In this document: positions 32,195-41,815 of the stretch, piece by piece | Layout: every line of letters begins with the position of its first letter | How positions within the stretch are numbered: the stretch's first letter is position 1 | Sequence record: DRR378314_405 | DNA: 59,253 nucleotides | Direction: 5' to 3' (one strand) | Made by a program: the position numbers and the translations under genes | The notes under the pieces: model-generated | The model's database searches: none | What the model was told of the DNA's origin: nothing | The model's input: the letters and a program-made list of their open reading frames with translations, nothing else

Positions 32195-33577
32195 CTACTT
32201 GCCAAACCGCTCACGAATGGTTTCAAACATGGTGCGAATTGCAAAAGCCTCCCCGCCTTGCGGGCGACCGGGCCGGTCCCGGTTGTTAAAGGCCATGATG
32301 TCAAAATGAACCCAGCTTTTGGCATTCTTGACAAAATCCTTGAGGAATAGGCCCGCTGTAATCGCACCTGCAAACGAAGACGTTCCCGAATTATTGATAT
32401 CTGCATTTGGACTGTCGATCAGGCTGCGATACTCATCCCAAAGCGGCAGGCGCCAAACCGGGTCTTTTTCCTCAACTGATTTCCGGTAAATCAGATCATA
32501 AAGCGCATCATCATCGGTAAAGGTTGCGGCAAGTTCGGTTCCAACCGCAACACGGGCCGCGCCGGTCAGGGTCGCAAAATCCACCAGCAGATCCGGCTCT
32601 TCCTCATCTGCGGCTGTCAATGCATCGGCAAGGACAAGCCGCCCTTCGGCATCGGTATTTCCAATTTCAACGGTCAGGCCTGCCCGGCTGGTCAGAATAT
32701 CCCCCGGCCGGAAGGCATTTCCAGAAACCGCGTTCTCCACAGCCGGGATCAGCACGCGAAGACGAACCGGCAGGTTGGCATGCATGATCATATGCGCCAG
32801 TCCAAGCGCCATCGCAGCACCGCCCATATCCTTCTTCATCAGCAGCATGGCTGCCGACGGCTTCAGATCCAATCCGCCACTGTCAAAACACACCCCTTTA
32901 CCAACGATGGTAACCTTCGGCGCGTCCGCATCACCCCACACCATATCCACTAGGCGCGGCGGCTGATCCGACGCCCGGCCAACGGCATGCACCATGGGGA
33001 AATGATAGGTCAAAAGATCATCGCCAATAATATTCATCTGGCGGGCTTCAAACTCCCCCGCGATTTGAGAGGCCGCCCCCTCCAATGCTTTGGGGCCCAT
33101 ATCGGCTGCCGGAATATTGATCAGATCCCGCGCCAGATTTGTCGCATATACGGATCGCTCCACATGGTCAAAATCCGCACCTGCCGGCAACATCAGGGTT
33201 GCAAATTTCTTGTCGCTTTTCTTATAACGATCAAAGCGGTAAGTGGCCAAAGACCACCCGATGGCCAGATCTGACGCCTGTTTCGGCGTGACCTTGCTAT
33301 CCAGATGATAGGCACCGGCCGGGATGGAACCTGGCAGGGCGGCCAGTGACCAGATATTCCAGTCATCCGCCGCATGGGTCAACAGGACAGAGCCAACCGC
33401 ACCGGTTTCGTCGGGAATGGCAATAAACTTGCCGTCTTTTGCTTCAAACTCCTGCTGATCAAGCCATTTCTTGACAAAATTCGACTGTTTTTTGAGCCAG
33501 CTTTCATATTTATCTGTCAGGACAGTCTGGATTGGCTTTGAGACGATTTCTTCAGAAGTTGAAATATAGGGGACCAC
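32195..33577 (-). CDS. Leucyl aminopeptidase, M17 family
   Basis: GKGVCFDSGGLDLK, MKKDMGG, NTDAEGRL, ATLTGA; GTG 33577 with AAGGAGA SD. Confidence 0.93.
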   Translation of the reverse strand: MVPYISTSEEIVSKPIQTVLTDKYESWLKKQSNFVKKWLDQQEFEAKDGKFIAIPDETGAVGSVLLTHAADDWNIWSLAALPGSIPAGAYHLDSKVTPKQASDLAIGWSLATYRFDRYKKSDKKFATLMLPAGADFDHVERSVYATNLARDLINIPAADMGPKALEGAASQIAGEFEARQMNIIGDDLLTYHFPMVHAVGRASDQPPRLVDMVWGDADAPKVTIVGKGVCFDSGGLDLKPSAAMLLMKKDMGGAAMALGLAHMIMHANLPVRLRVLIPAVENAVSGNAFRPGDILTSRAGLTVEIGNTDAEGRLVLADALTAADEEEPDLLVDFATLTGAARVAVGTELAATFTDDDALYDLIYRKSVEEKDPVWRLPLWDEYRSLIDSPNADINNSGTSSFAGAITAGLFLKDFVKNAKSWVHFDIMAFNNRDRPGRPQGGEAFAIRTMFETIRERFGK

Positions 33578-33668
33578 GGAATTCTCCTTGTTAATTGTCC
33601 GCAAGGTATCAAAGGATAGGGATCTCAACAACTGCTTTCACAGGCAGCTGCACTCTACATCCAAACCG

Positions 33669-34688
33669 TTATTCGGCTTCGCTATCTCTTTCATCATAGT
33701 AGGTCTTTGCGCCGGGATGCAGGGGAATGCCCACTCCCTGGCGCGAGGTTTTGTAGCGGATCAGTTTTCCTTTGACATGCCCGCTATCGAGCAAAACCCG
33801 ATTGCGCGGATGCCACAGGGATTTGGTCAACGCATAGGCCAGATCTTCTGACATGGATGCATCGACAATCCACTGGGTGCTGACCGCCAGTGTCTCGATC
33901 TTCTCAATACCTTCATAGGTGCCTTCGGGAATTTCAGAGACCGTAAAAAACTCATATAAATTGGTTATTTTGTCCGCCAAGGCGCCATCGATCGGCAAAA
34001 GATCCACCAGCCCCTGTTTGGACAGTTCAGAAACCGCATTCACCGGATAACCGGCAATGAAGAAAAAAGCATCTAGCTTCCCGGCCTGCAGCAAGATCAA
34101 GGCTTTATCGGCATTGGCATCGACAGCCTCATAATCCTCGCCGTCAATACCATGGGCTTTGAGGATGTTAATCGCGTTCAGCCGGGTGCCCGAACCCGGC
34201 AGATCAATTGAAATCCGTTTGCCGCGCAAATCGTCAAAGGTTTCAATGTTGGCGGCTTTACGGATAACCAGATGCACATCTTCAGGATAGAGATTGGCAA
34301 TCACCCGCAAGGATTTGCCCGAAGGTTTGAGTGACTTGAATGATCCGGTTCCATAATAAGCGGCATAGATCAGGTCAGACTGGGCCAGCGCGGATTCCAG
34401 TTGTCCCTTGAGCACAGAGCGAATATTGACAACCGAGCCGCGTGTTGTCTGGGCCGCAGCGATCAATCCCGGAACCCCGCAGGACCCCCCGCTGTCGCAA
34501 GGGCGGCTACCCGGCGGGCCGGTAATGGTCGATCCTATCAATGTCCCGATGGGAAAATAAGTGCCGGAGCTGGAGCCGGTACCGATCCGGAAAAAGGTCA
34601 GTTCCTGCGCCATGATCAACGGCACATTCAGCACTACAACCATTATCCCGCTCAACAGACACAGTTTCAAACGAGATAAATGGATCAT
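33669..34688 (-). CDS. TAXI-family solute-binding protein
   Basis: FFRIGTGSSSGTYFPIG, GSVVN, QSD, LYPE, GSGT, PLHPGA. Confidence 0.9.
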   Translation of the reverse strand: MIHLSRLKLCLLSGIMVVVLNVPLIMAQELTFFRIGTGSSSGTYFPIGTLIGSTITGPPGSRPCDSGGSCGVPGLIAAAQTTRGSVVNIRSVLKGQLESALAQSDLIYAAYYGTGSFKSLKPSGKSLRVIANLYPEDVHLVIRKAANIETFDDLRGKRISIDLPGSGTRLNAINILKAHGIDGEDYEAVDANADKALILLQAGKLDAFFFIAGYPVNAVSELSKQGLVDLLPIDGALADKITNLYEFFTVSEIPEGTYEGIEKIETLAVSTQWIVDASMSEDLAYALTKSLWHPRNRVLLDSGHVKGKLIRYKTSRQGVGIPLHPGAKTYYDERDSEAE

Positions 34689-34773
34689 GAAATTCCCTTT
34701 CGCGGCGCCAACACTGAAAACCCCTTATAGAGATACCCTTTCAGGATAAAAAGTAAAGGTGGCAAAGCTATGA

Positions 34774-35715
34774 CTAACCCGTTCCGGCTTTTCGAAGTTG
34801 CTGGGAAACCTGCTCGATATCAAAAGCAAGGCCGGCCGACTGGCGCACTTCCTTACAGGCCGTATGGATCGCAAAAGGGATTTGATACATCAATTCCTGA
34901 TCCCGCTCGGACAGCGGGGAGACCGATACCTGTATGCGAGATAACACATCGTGAAAGGCGCTAATCAGGGTTTCAATATGGGCGTATTCGGTCCCTGCGG
35001 TCACTTTTTGAAGGTTTGTATTCAGGGTGATCATCCGGCTGATCAAGTCCCGCCGGGCGTCAAAATCCTTTAGATCCGTCTCAAGTCCCATGACTTTGCT
35101 TGAAAGTCTGAGGAACTGTTCTGTGTAGATGGAAATCTGACGGTCTTTGACGGCTGACAAGGCCAATGCAATATTTTCGGGACTGGCATCAAACTCCGGG
35201 CGGTTTTCCACTTTCGCCTTCAGTGAGTTTGGCACGACCATCAATCCGGGTTGGGATAACCCGCGAACAATTTGCCGTCGCTCAGGACCAATATAGTCTT
35301 CCGTAACAATGAACGGTTTGCGGGCCGAAACCAGGCCCTGGACCCGATCCGATAGCTGGGTGGCGGACATGGGCCGGGATAGAATGTCATCGGCGCCAGC
35401 CTGAATCCCCTCGCTGACATGTTCGGGCGTTGTGTGCCACAAAGTCACAATAATATTGACGAACGGGTTGGCTCCCAGTTCCTGATGGCGCATTTTTTTG
35501 ATGATCTCATCAAGGCTACCCTCGCCGGAGATTAGATCCCCGACGATCAAATCATAGCTGTTTTTCTCCGCCATCTGGAGAAATTCTGACCAGTTTTGGA
35601 CAGCCTCAACCTCACCGAAACCCAGATCCAGCAAGGCAACACGTGTGTTATGCCGTAACGTGGACTGAGGATCAAAAAGTAAAACCGAAGATGTGCGAAA
35701 CCGCGGATCTGTCAT
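34774..35715 (-). CDS. Atypical response regulator, Cle-like receiver with c-di-GMP-binding motif and helical C-terminal extension
   Basis: REC domain (DLIVGD; conserved Lys replaced, LSRP) followed by FIVTEDYIGPERR. Confidence 0.75.
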   Translation of the reverse strand: MTDPRFRTSSVLLFDPQSTLRHNTRVALLDLGFGEVEAVQNWSEFLQMAEKNSYDLIVGDLISGEGSLDEIIKKMRHQELGANPFVNIIVTLWHTTPEHVSEGIQAGADDILSRPMSATQLSDRVQGLVSARKPFIVTEDYIGPERRQIVRGLSQPGLMVVPNSLKAKVENRPEFDASPENIALALSAVKDRQISIYTEQFLRLSSKVMGLETDLKDFDARRDLISRMITLNTNLQKVTAGTEYAHIETLISAFHDVLSRIQVSVSPLSERDQELMYQIPFAIHTACKEVRQSAGLAFDIEQVSQQLRKAGTG

Positions 35716-35728
35716 TCAACTGAACGCC

Positions 35729-36127
35729 TCACGCGTTGGGCAAAACCTTGATCAGGTGCTGAAAGACAACGTCTGGCGCGTCCTTGAACTGAATGCCGAC
35801 CTGGCGCTCTTTGCTCCACATGGTCTCGCACGGGAATTTGCCAAGTTTAGGGATCTCCAGGACCAGACCGACTTTTTCAACAATCGGCTGCTCAAGCTCC
35901 AGTTTCGCCCCATTGGCCGAGATATCGCGCACAATACCCGGGATTTCGCGCACTTCACTTTTCAGGGTGATGTCATTAAAAAAGACTTTTACCTGCGCTT
36001 CCCAAACCACGCGGCTTCGGCGAAACTTGCGATTTTCGGAATAGGTCTTGGGCGTCTCACCCAATTCACGCGCCCGCTGAATATCAAGTTCATTCAGCAT
36101 CTGATGAATATCTTTACCAATAATCAT
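35729..36127 (-). CDS. Single-domain PilZ protein
   Basis: RxxxR (RKFRR) and DxSxxG (DISANG) motifs; ends VGIQF. Confidence 0.88.
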   Translation of the reverse strand: MIIGKDIHQMLNELDIQRARELGETPKTYSENRKFRRSRVVWEAQVKVFFNDITLKSEVREIPGIVRDISANGAKLELEQPIVEKVGLVLEIPKLGKFPCETMWSKERQVGIQFKDAPDVVFQHLIKVLPNA

Positions 36128-36223
36128 AAAACGGCCTTCTCTTTCAAAAGGAACTCATACTGTCCATTCGAACATTGAAGGCCGATTAAAGCAGAGAGAC
36201 ATTAATAAAACACAAACGGCTTG

Positions 36224-36907
36224 CTACCATTTGGCGCATTGGCTGCGCACATTCTGATATCCGCGTGACGTGTCGATTTTCGCGTTCTCCAGACGGCGCT
36301 CCTGATAGAAGGCGTCCAGATATGGCCTTAGATTCTGTTGAATTTGGGCGCCAAACATCTGGGGGGCCTGCTCGGGGCTGGTTGTGTAAAAGGGTTTCAG
36401 GGCCACGACCATATTTGTCAGCGCCTGTTCGATCTTGGCGGCATGCTTTGTCTGGACTCGCAAATTAATATCCATATGCTGGTTTTCATGGCGCAGAATT
36501 GCCCGAAACGGGCAGCTTCCCGCTTTATACTGGCTGGCCACATAAACTTCGCTTCGTCGTTGACCAAATTTCATCTCGACGTTCGTCACCCAAACACAGT
36601 GGCGATCTTTCAATCGCTGAACTCGGGTTTGAATTCTAATGGGATGAACCATGTCTGTAAGTGCCAGGCCAAGCAAAACAGTCACATTGGGATGTTTGTA
36701 ATCACGGCGGCTATTGGCAATCTGGGTGATCTGCCGCGCCGACTTGCCGCGGATCAACTGTGTTTTCTCATTTTCATGAACGAATGACACGACGGGCCGA
36801 AAATTTGTCTCTTTGCACATGTCTATTTCGGCTTGCGCGGCGGTTGGCACCAGTGCCAGCAGGCAGATACAGATACTGCTGGCAAACGCCACACAGCTGA
36901 TGCTCAT
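36224..36907 (-). CDS. Secreted hypothetical protein with HExxH motif (possible zinc metalloprotease)
   Basis: Signal peptide ending TAAQA, ILRHENQH, four Cys in the mature part; start 36907 avoids overlap with the upstream gene. Confidence 0.6.
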   Translation of the reverse strand: MSISCVAFASSICICLLALVPTAAQAEIDMCKETNFRPVVSFVHENEKTQLIRGKSARQITQIANSRRDYKHPNVTVLLGLALTDMVHPIRIQTRVQRLKDRHCVWVTNVEMKFGQRRSEVYVASQYKAGSCPFRAILRHENQHMDINLRVQTKHAAKIEQALTNMVVALKPFYTTSPEQAPQMFGAQIQQNLRPYLDAFYQERRLENAKIDTSRGYQNVRSQCAKW

Positions 36908-36917
36908 CTGCTGCGCT

Positions 36918-37496
36918 TTAGTCAAACAGCGCATCAATATCTGACTGATCCAGCGTTCCGCCATCAGACACTTCCACAACGTTATTTTGACCGGTATCCG
37001 GTAATCCACGGCGCGAGGGTTTATCCGGGATTTTCTCTGGTCCTTCTAGCAGAAGCTGACCATTAATGATACCGCCCGCACGATCAATCAATTTTCGAAT
37101 GAGATTGCATTTAGCTTCCAAAAATGCGGATTTCTGACCTGCTTCAAGGGCCGCCCGATCCACAAGCAGCGCCTTTTGAAGCAACACAAGCTGTCGGTTA
37201 ACCTTGGCAACTGTACTGTCAAACGGGGCCCGATATTCAGTGGGACAATGGTCATAGGCGGCAATTGCAAGCTCTTTATCGGCGATGCCGCTGTCCAGAA
37301 AATGATCCTTGTAGAGCTTTGGCTCCCAGGCCGCAAACTCATCCGCAAGGTCGGGCATGTCGACAAGCATTTCAGCCAGCATTAAAGCTTCATTGAAATG
37401 ATTGAGGTAATCAGTCGCCAAAAGAGAGGTGGCATTTACATTCGTGCCAACCGCTTGTGCCCGGTATTTCTCTAGTTCAGTTAAATTTTCAGACAT
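36918..37496 (-). CDS. Hypothetical protein with CheZ-like C-terminal peptide
   Basis: Helical body (LATDYLNHFNE), disordered linker, C-terminus LDQSDIDALFD. Confidence 0.65.
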   Translation of the reverse strand: MSENLTELEKYRAQAVGTNVNATSLLATDYLNHFNEALMLAEMLVDMPDLADEFAAWEPKLYKDHFLDSGIADKELAIAAYDHCPTEYRAPFDSTVAKVNRQLVLLQKALLVDRAALEAGQKSAFLEAKCNLIRKLIDRAGGIINGQLLLEGPEKIPDKPSRRGLPDTGQNNVVEVSDGGTLDQSDIDALFD

Positions 37497-37623
37497 GTCG
37501 AAAGGGAGCGAGCCCAAAACCTTCTTCAATACATACTACTTACTAATTCTCTATTGTTTAGGCGAAAATCCTTAATGAAATGTTTGTTTTCTAATTTTGA
37601 GTTTTTCTAATACTCAAAACTGC

Positions 37624-37809
37624 TCAATTTACCTGGGAGGTTTGGCAGATCGGTGCCTTGGAGAGGATTTCATTGGCCGAAGTGAAGTCCAGCAGGTGAA
37701 AATATACAGCGCCGACCAAGAAGACGGCTGCGGCCATCACTGATGTGGCATTCAAGACCCGTGTATAAATACTTCTGACTCGTAACGCCGCCTGTAAATT
37801 CCTTTGCAT
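37624..37809 (-). CDS. Small single-TM hypothetical protein (61 aa)
   Basis: Strong SD GAGGAGG before ATG 37809; one hydrophobic helix VMAAAVFLVGAVYFHLL. Confidence 0.6.
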   Translation of the reverse strand: MQRNLQAALRVRSIYTRVLNATSVMAAAVFLVGAVYFHLLDFTSANEILSKAPICQTSQVN

Positions 37810-38051
37810 TCTCACCTCCTCAGTCTTTTAGGTTGACCCAGGAAGAGTAGGCACCAGAAGAGAAGCACTTCAAGCCGGTAAATAGATTTAAATGAAAAAA
37901 TAACACTTTAAAAGTTTAAATTGGCAATCGAATATGCCACCCAGGGGATCAATCCCCCATATCTAGTTGCTTATCCAAAAAGCACGCAAAATAGAAATGG
38001 AATTTTCAGACTACAACTTTAAGTAAATACGAATCGAGTGATCAGGTTTCG

Positions 38052-38525
38052 CTACAGCGTTTCCAGAAACTTTCGCAGCAGATTGATGAGCTGCTTGTGG
38101 TTGCGCGTGCCCATCCCCTTGATAAACAGCTGCTCCATCTCCTCGATTTTCACCCGCAGATCCGCCAGCTCTCTAGCACCCGCTTCGGTCAAGGAAACCG
38201 CATAGGCCCGCTTATCATTGGCGACCTGTTCCTTTTTGATAAACCCGTTCTTTTCAAACTGGTTGAGGATCGGAACCAGTGAGGAGCGGTCAAGACCGGC
38301 GGCCCAGGCGATTGCAGACTGAGTTCGGCCCGGGTTATTGGCAATAATTTCCATGACGGAATACTGCCCGGTCATCAATTTCACACCTGTTTCTTTTAAA
38401 AAACTACTCTGGGCTGCAAGGACAGCCTTCCTCATATAGTAACCCACGTTTTCTTCGAGGGCACCAAGGTCCATCGCGGCATGAGAATTCTCAACCGACT
38501 TAACTCCGCTCTTTTTTGATGGCAC
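38052..38525 (-). CDS. MarR-family transcriptional regulator
   Basis: NPGRTQSAIA..LDRSSLV..L..DKRAY; start uncertain (GTG 38525 with GGAGAG SD, or ATG 38474). Confidence 0.88.
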   Translation of the reverse strand: MPSKKSGVKSVENSHAAMDLGALEENVGYYMRKAVLAAQSSFLKETGVKLMTGQYSVMEIIANNPGRTQSAIAWAAGLDRSSLVPILNQFEKNGFIKKEQVANDKRAYAVSLTEAGARELADLRVKIEEMEQLFIKGMGTRNHKQLINLLRKFLETL

Positions 38526-38707
38526 GAAAAATCTCTCCCAATACTTTTCGTTCAATGTGCATTACGGCACACCTCTATTTTATAGGCTTTAGAAACGTTC
38601 ATAATCAAGACTTTTAACCGGCATAGCCAAAATTAGATAGGACGCTTCACAGCAGACCGAAAAAGCGGGAGGGATAACCCCTCCCTCCTGGAAGATGAAA
38701 TCGAATT

Positions 38708-40882
38708 CTACTTTTGCGATTTTTTCTCAATTCGCCGCGCATGTAAAATCGGCTCTGTATACCCACTGGGTTGCGATTTTCCTTCAAAAACCAGGTCCAT
38801 CGCAGCCTGAAAAGCGATCGATCGATCGAAGCCGGGTGCCATTGGCTGATATTCCGGATCGCCTGCATTCTGCTGATCCACAACTTCTGCCATCCGCTTC
38901 ATAACACTGGTCACCTCTTCTTCGCTGCAGACGCCATGATAAAGCCAGTTTGCGATATGTTGACTGGAAATCCGCAGTGTTGCCCGGTCTTCCATCAGCC
39001 CGACATTATGAATATCCGGCACCTTGGAGCAGCCAACCCCGTGATCGATCCAGCGAACAACATAGCCAAGAATCCCTTGCGCGTTATTTTCAAGCTCTGC
39101 CGTCACCTCTTCGGGCGACAGATTTTGCCCGGTCATTAACGGTGGTGTTAAAATGGCATCCAGGCTGGCCCGCTCCCGGGATTTCAATTGTGCCTGCCGC
39201 TCGGCCACGGACACCTGATGATAATGAATGGCATGCAACGTTGCCGCGGTTGGGGAGGGGACCCAGGCACAGTTGGCACCGGACATTGGGTGCCCTTTCT
39301 TGGCTGCCATCATTTCTGCCATTTCATCGGGCTTGGCCCACATCCCTTTGCCGATCTGGGCATGACCGGGCAGACCGACCTCCAGACCGATATCCACATT
39401 CCAGTCTTCATAGGCCGCGATCCACGGCTCTGCCTTGCAGTCATCTTTACGCAAGAAGGCACCGGCTTGCATGCTGGTGTGGATTTCATCGCCAGTCCTG
39501 TCCAAAAACCCGGTATTGATGAAGAAAATCCGCGCGGACACAGCCCGAATGCATTCTTTCAGATTAACCGTTGTCCGCCGCTCCTCGTCCATCACGCCAA
39601 CTTTGACCGTATGGCGCTGCAGGCCAAGCGCATCTTCAACGGCATTAAACAGATCGTTGGTGAAAGCGGCCTCTTCCGGTCCGTGCATTTTCGGTTTCAC
39701 AATATAGACGCTACCGGCCCGACTGTTTTTAAACTCGGTCGCTGACTGCAAATTATGCAAGGCACAGGCCGTGGTCATCAGGGCATCCAGAATACCTTCC
39801 GGGGCGTCGATCCCCTTGCCATAGCGAACCGCACCGGTTGTCATCAAATGCCCGACATTGCGCACCAGCAACAGGCTGCGGCCATGCAAACGGAGGTCTG
39901 AGCCGTCCAGGGCAGTGTAAATCCGATCTTTGGCCAAGGTCCGGGTGACGGTTTTACCGCCTTTTTCAAATCGATCTTCCAGATCCCCTTTCATCAGTCC
40001 CAACCAGTTGCTGTAAACCAGGGCCTTATCCTCTGCATCCACGGCCGCAACGGAATCCTCGCAATCCTGAATAGTCGACAGCGCAGATTCCATCAGCACA
40101 TCCTTGACGCCCGCCGGATGGTCCTTGCCAACGGGGTGGCTGGGATCAATCTGAAGATCCAGATAAAGACCGTTATTTTGCAGCAAAACAGAATTCAGTC
40201 GATCCTCATCACCCAGGTAACCTTTAAATTGCCCGGGCTTGGCAAGGGCGGTGACCCTGCCGTCCTGCAACACAATCTCCAGCTCCTTGCCCGCCTTAAG
40301 CTGATAGCGGCTCACCTCTTTATGGCGACCGCTTTGCAACGGGGCAATCTCATCCAGAATGGCAGAGGCTTCTTCAATGACCTTGGCCCCTCGCCCGGGG
40401 TTATAGGAGCTGCCTTTTTCAGCGCCGGCCTCTTCCGGGATCAGATCTGTCCCATAGAGCGCATCATACAAACTGCCCCAGCGCGCGTTGGCCGCGTTCA
40501 GCGCATAACGCGCATTCATCACAGGGACCACAAGCTGCGGCCCGGCAACCGATGAGATTTCCGGATCGACATTTTCTGTCGTCACAGTGAACGCAGGTCC
40601 TTGCGGCACCAGATAACCGATCTCCTGCAAAAAGGCTTTGTAGGCTGGCAGGTCAAGATCCTGACCCGCATGCTCCTGGCACCACTGATCCAGTTTTTCC
40701 TGAAACTCATCGCGGGTGACCAGCAGCTCCCGATTTCGCGGGCCAAAATCGGCCAGCAGTTTTTCCAGTGACGCCCAAAGCCGGTCAGCCGTCAGATCCA
40801 GTCCTGGCAGCAGCTTGTTATCGACGAAATCAACAAGTTCAGAAGCGACCAGCAATTGGCCGATGGAAATATATTTGGTCAC
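38708..40882 (-). CDS. glcB: Malate synthase G
   Basis: [61 protein letters not shown]. Confidence 0.97.
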   Translation of the reverse strand: MTKYISIGQLLVASELVDFVDNKLLPGLDLTADRLWASLEKLLADFGPRNRELLVTRDEFQEKLDQWCQEHAGQDLDLPAYKAFLQEIGYLVPQGPAFTVTTENVDPEISSVAGPQLVVPVMNARYALNAANARWGSLYDALYGTDLIPEEAGAEKGSSYNPGRGAKVIEEASAILDEIAPLQSGRHKEVSRYQLKAGKELEIVLQDGRVTALAKPGQFKGYLGDEDRLNSVLLQNNGLYLDLQIDPSHPVGKDHPAGVKDVLMESALSTIQDCEDSVAAVDAEDKALVYSNWLGLMKGDLEDRFEKGGKTVTRTLAKDRIYTALDGSDLRLHGRSLLLVRNVGHLMTTGAVRYGKGIDAPEGILDALMTTACALHNLQSATEFKNSRAGSVYIVKPKMHGPEEAAFTNDLFNAVEDALGLQRHTVKVGVMDEERRTTVNLKECIRAVSARIFFINTGFLDRTGDEIHTSMQAGAFLRKDDCKAEPWIAAYEDWNVDIGLEVGLPGHAQIGKGMWAKPDEMAEMMAAKKGHPMSGANCAWVPSPTAATLHAIHYHQVSVAERQAQLKSRERASLDAILTPPLMTGQNLSPEEVTAELENNAQGILGYVVRWIDHGVGCSKVPDIHNVGLMEDRATLRISSQHIANWLYHGVCSEEEVTSVMKRMAEVVDQQNAGDPEYQPMAPGFDRSIAFQAAMDLVFEGKSQPSGYTEPILHARRIEKKSQK

Positions 40883-40970
40883 GAGCTTCTCCTGTTCAGA
40901 AGGCTTTGGGCATCCACCCCTAAAATTTCAATCCCATATTGACATTCATGGGGGTTCAACAAAATAATAA

Positions 40971-40996
40971 ATGGAAACGTTTTCACATTATGGAAA
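40971..40996. promoter_or_regulatory. Candidate IclR-family operator (site 1)
   Basis: atggaaacgTTTTCACATTATGGAAA between divergent glcB and the regulator, just after TTGACA(40939)-N18-AATAAT. Confidence 0.6.
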
Positions 40997-41002
40997 TATC
41001 TA

Positions 41003-41815
41003 ATGAGCACGCCTCCCAAATCAAACGCGACCCGCACCGGGCAGGTGCAATCCCTGAACCGGGCCCTGTCAATTTTAAACACGGTCGCGGTGAGCAAAAG
41101 CGGCCTGAAATTAACAGAGGTATCGAAAACGCTGGGATTGGCCCCCTCCACAACCCACCGGCTCCTGACCACTCTTCAGGAGGAACGCTACGTTCAATAT
41201 GATCGCGATAGCTCCCGGTGGCAAATCGGGATCCAGGCTTTTGTGACGGGGAACGGTTTTCTTATTTCCCGCGATCTTGTGACGGTCGCCCGCCCCCATA
41301 TGCGGCGTCTGATGGAGGAGAGCGGAGAGACTGTAAATCTCGCCATTTCCGAGGGGGATGACGTGATTTACATGGCCCAGGTGGAAAGCCGGGAGATGAT
41401 GCGTGTCTATTCCAAGCCGGGCAACCGGGTTCCCCTTCACTGCTCCGGCGTGGGAAAAGCCATCCTGATGATGGCAACGGATGCGGAAATCCAAAGACTG
41501 ACAACAGAAAATGGTCTGGATCAGTTGACGGAGAAAACAATGCCGAGCGTAGAGGCGTTGATTTCGGAACTTCATGCCAGCCGCGCGCGGGGCTTTGCCA
41601 TTGACGATGAAGAACACGCCATTGGCCTCAGATGCGTTGCCAGCGTTATCTTCGATGAATATGCAGAACCCTATGCTGCCCTGTCCATTTCCGGACCGGC
41701 CGCTCGTGTTCCGCATGATCGACTGGCCACCCTCGGGACGCAGGTGCAAGCCGTCTCCCGCCAGATTACCGCCGCACTGGGCGGCAAGCTGCCAGCGGGG
41801 CTTCAGGCCGACTGA
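41003..41815 (+). CDS. IclR-family regulator (BhcR/AllR-like, probably glyoxylate-responsive)
   Basis: VQSLNRAL, STTHRLLTTL HTH, GETVNL, HCSGVGKA, DDEEHAIGLRCVA; divergent from glcB. Confidence 0.9.
   Translation: MSTPPKSNATRTGQVQSLNRALSILNTVAVSKSGLKLTEVSKTLGLAPSTTHRLLTTLQEERYVQYDRDSSRWQIGIQAFVTGNGFLISRDLVTVARPHMRRLMEESGETVNLAISEGDDVIYMAQVESREMMRVYSKPGNRVPLHCSGVGKAILMMATDAEIQRLTTENGLDQLTEKTMPSVEALISELHASRARGFAIDDEEHAIGLRCVASVIFDEYAEPYAALSISGPAARVPHDRLATLGTQVQAVSRQITAALGGKLPAGLQAD

Noticed and set aside
36908-37009. Apparent long gene overlaps from maximal ORF calls (also 48358-48480, 50704-50790, 52358-52438)
   Set aside because: Downstream starts give proper signal peptides, SD sites or stop-start coupling and remove the overlaps
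37954-37969. NrdR-box-like cccccatatctagttg
   Set aside because: Single copy and no ribonucleotide reductase gene nearby; NrdR boxes are normally tandem
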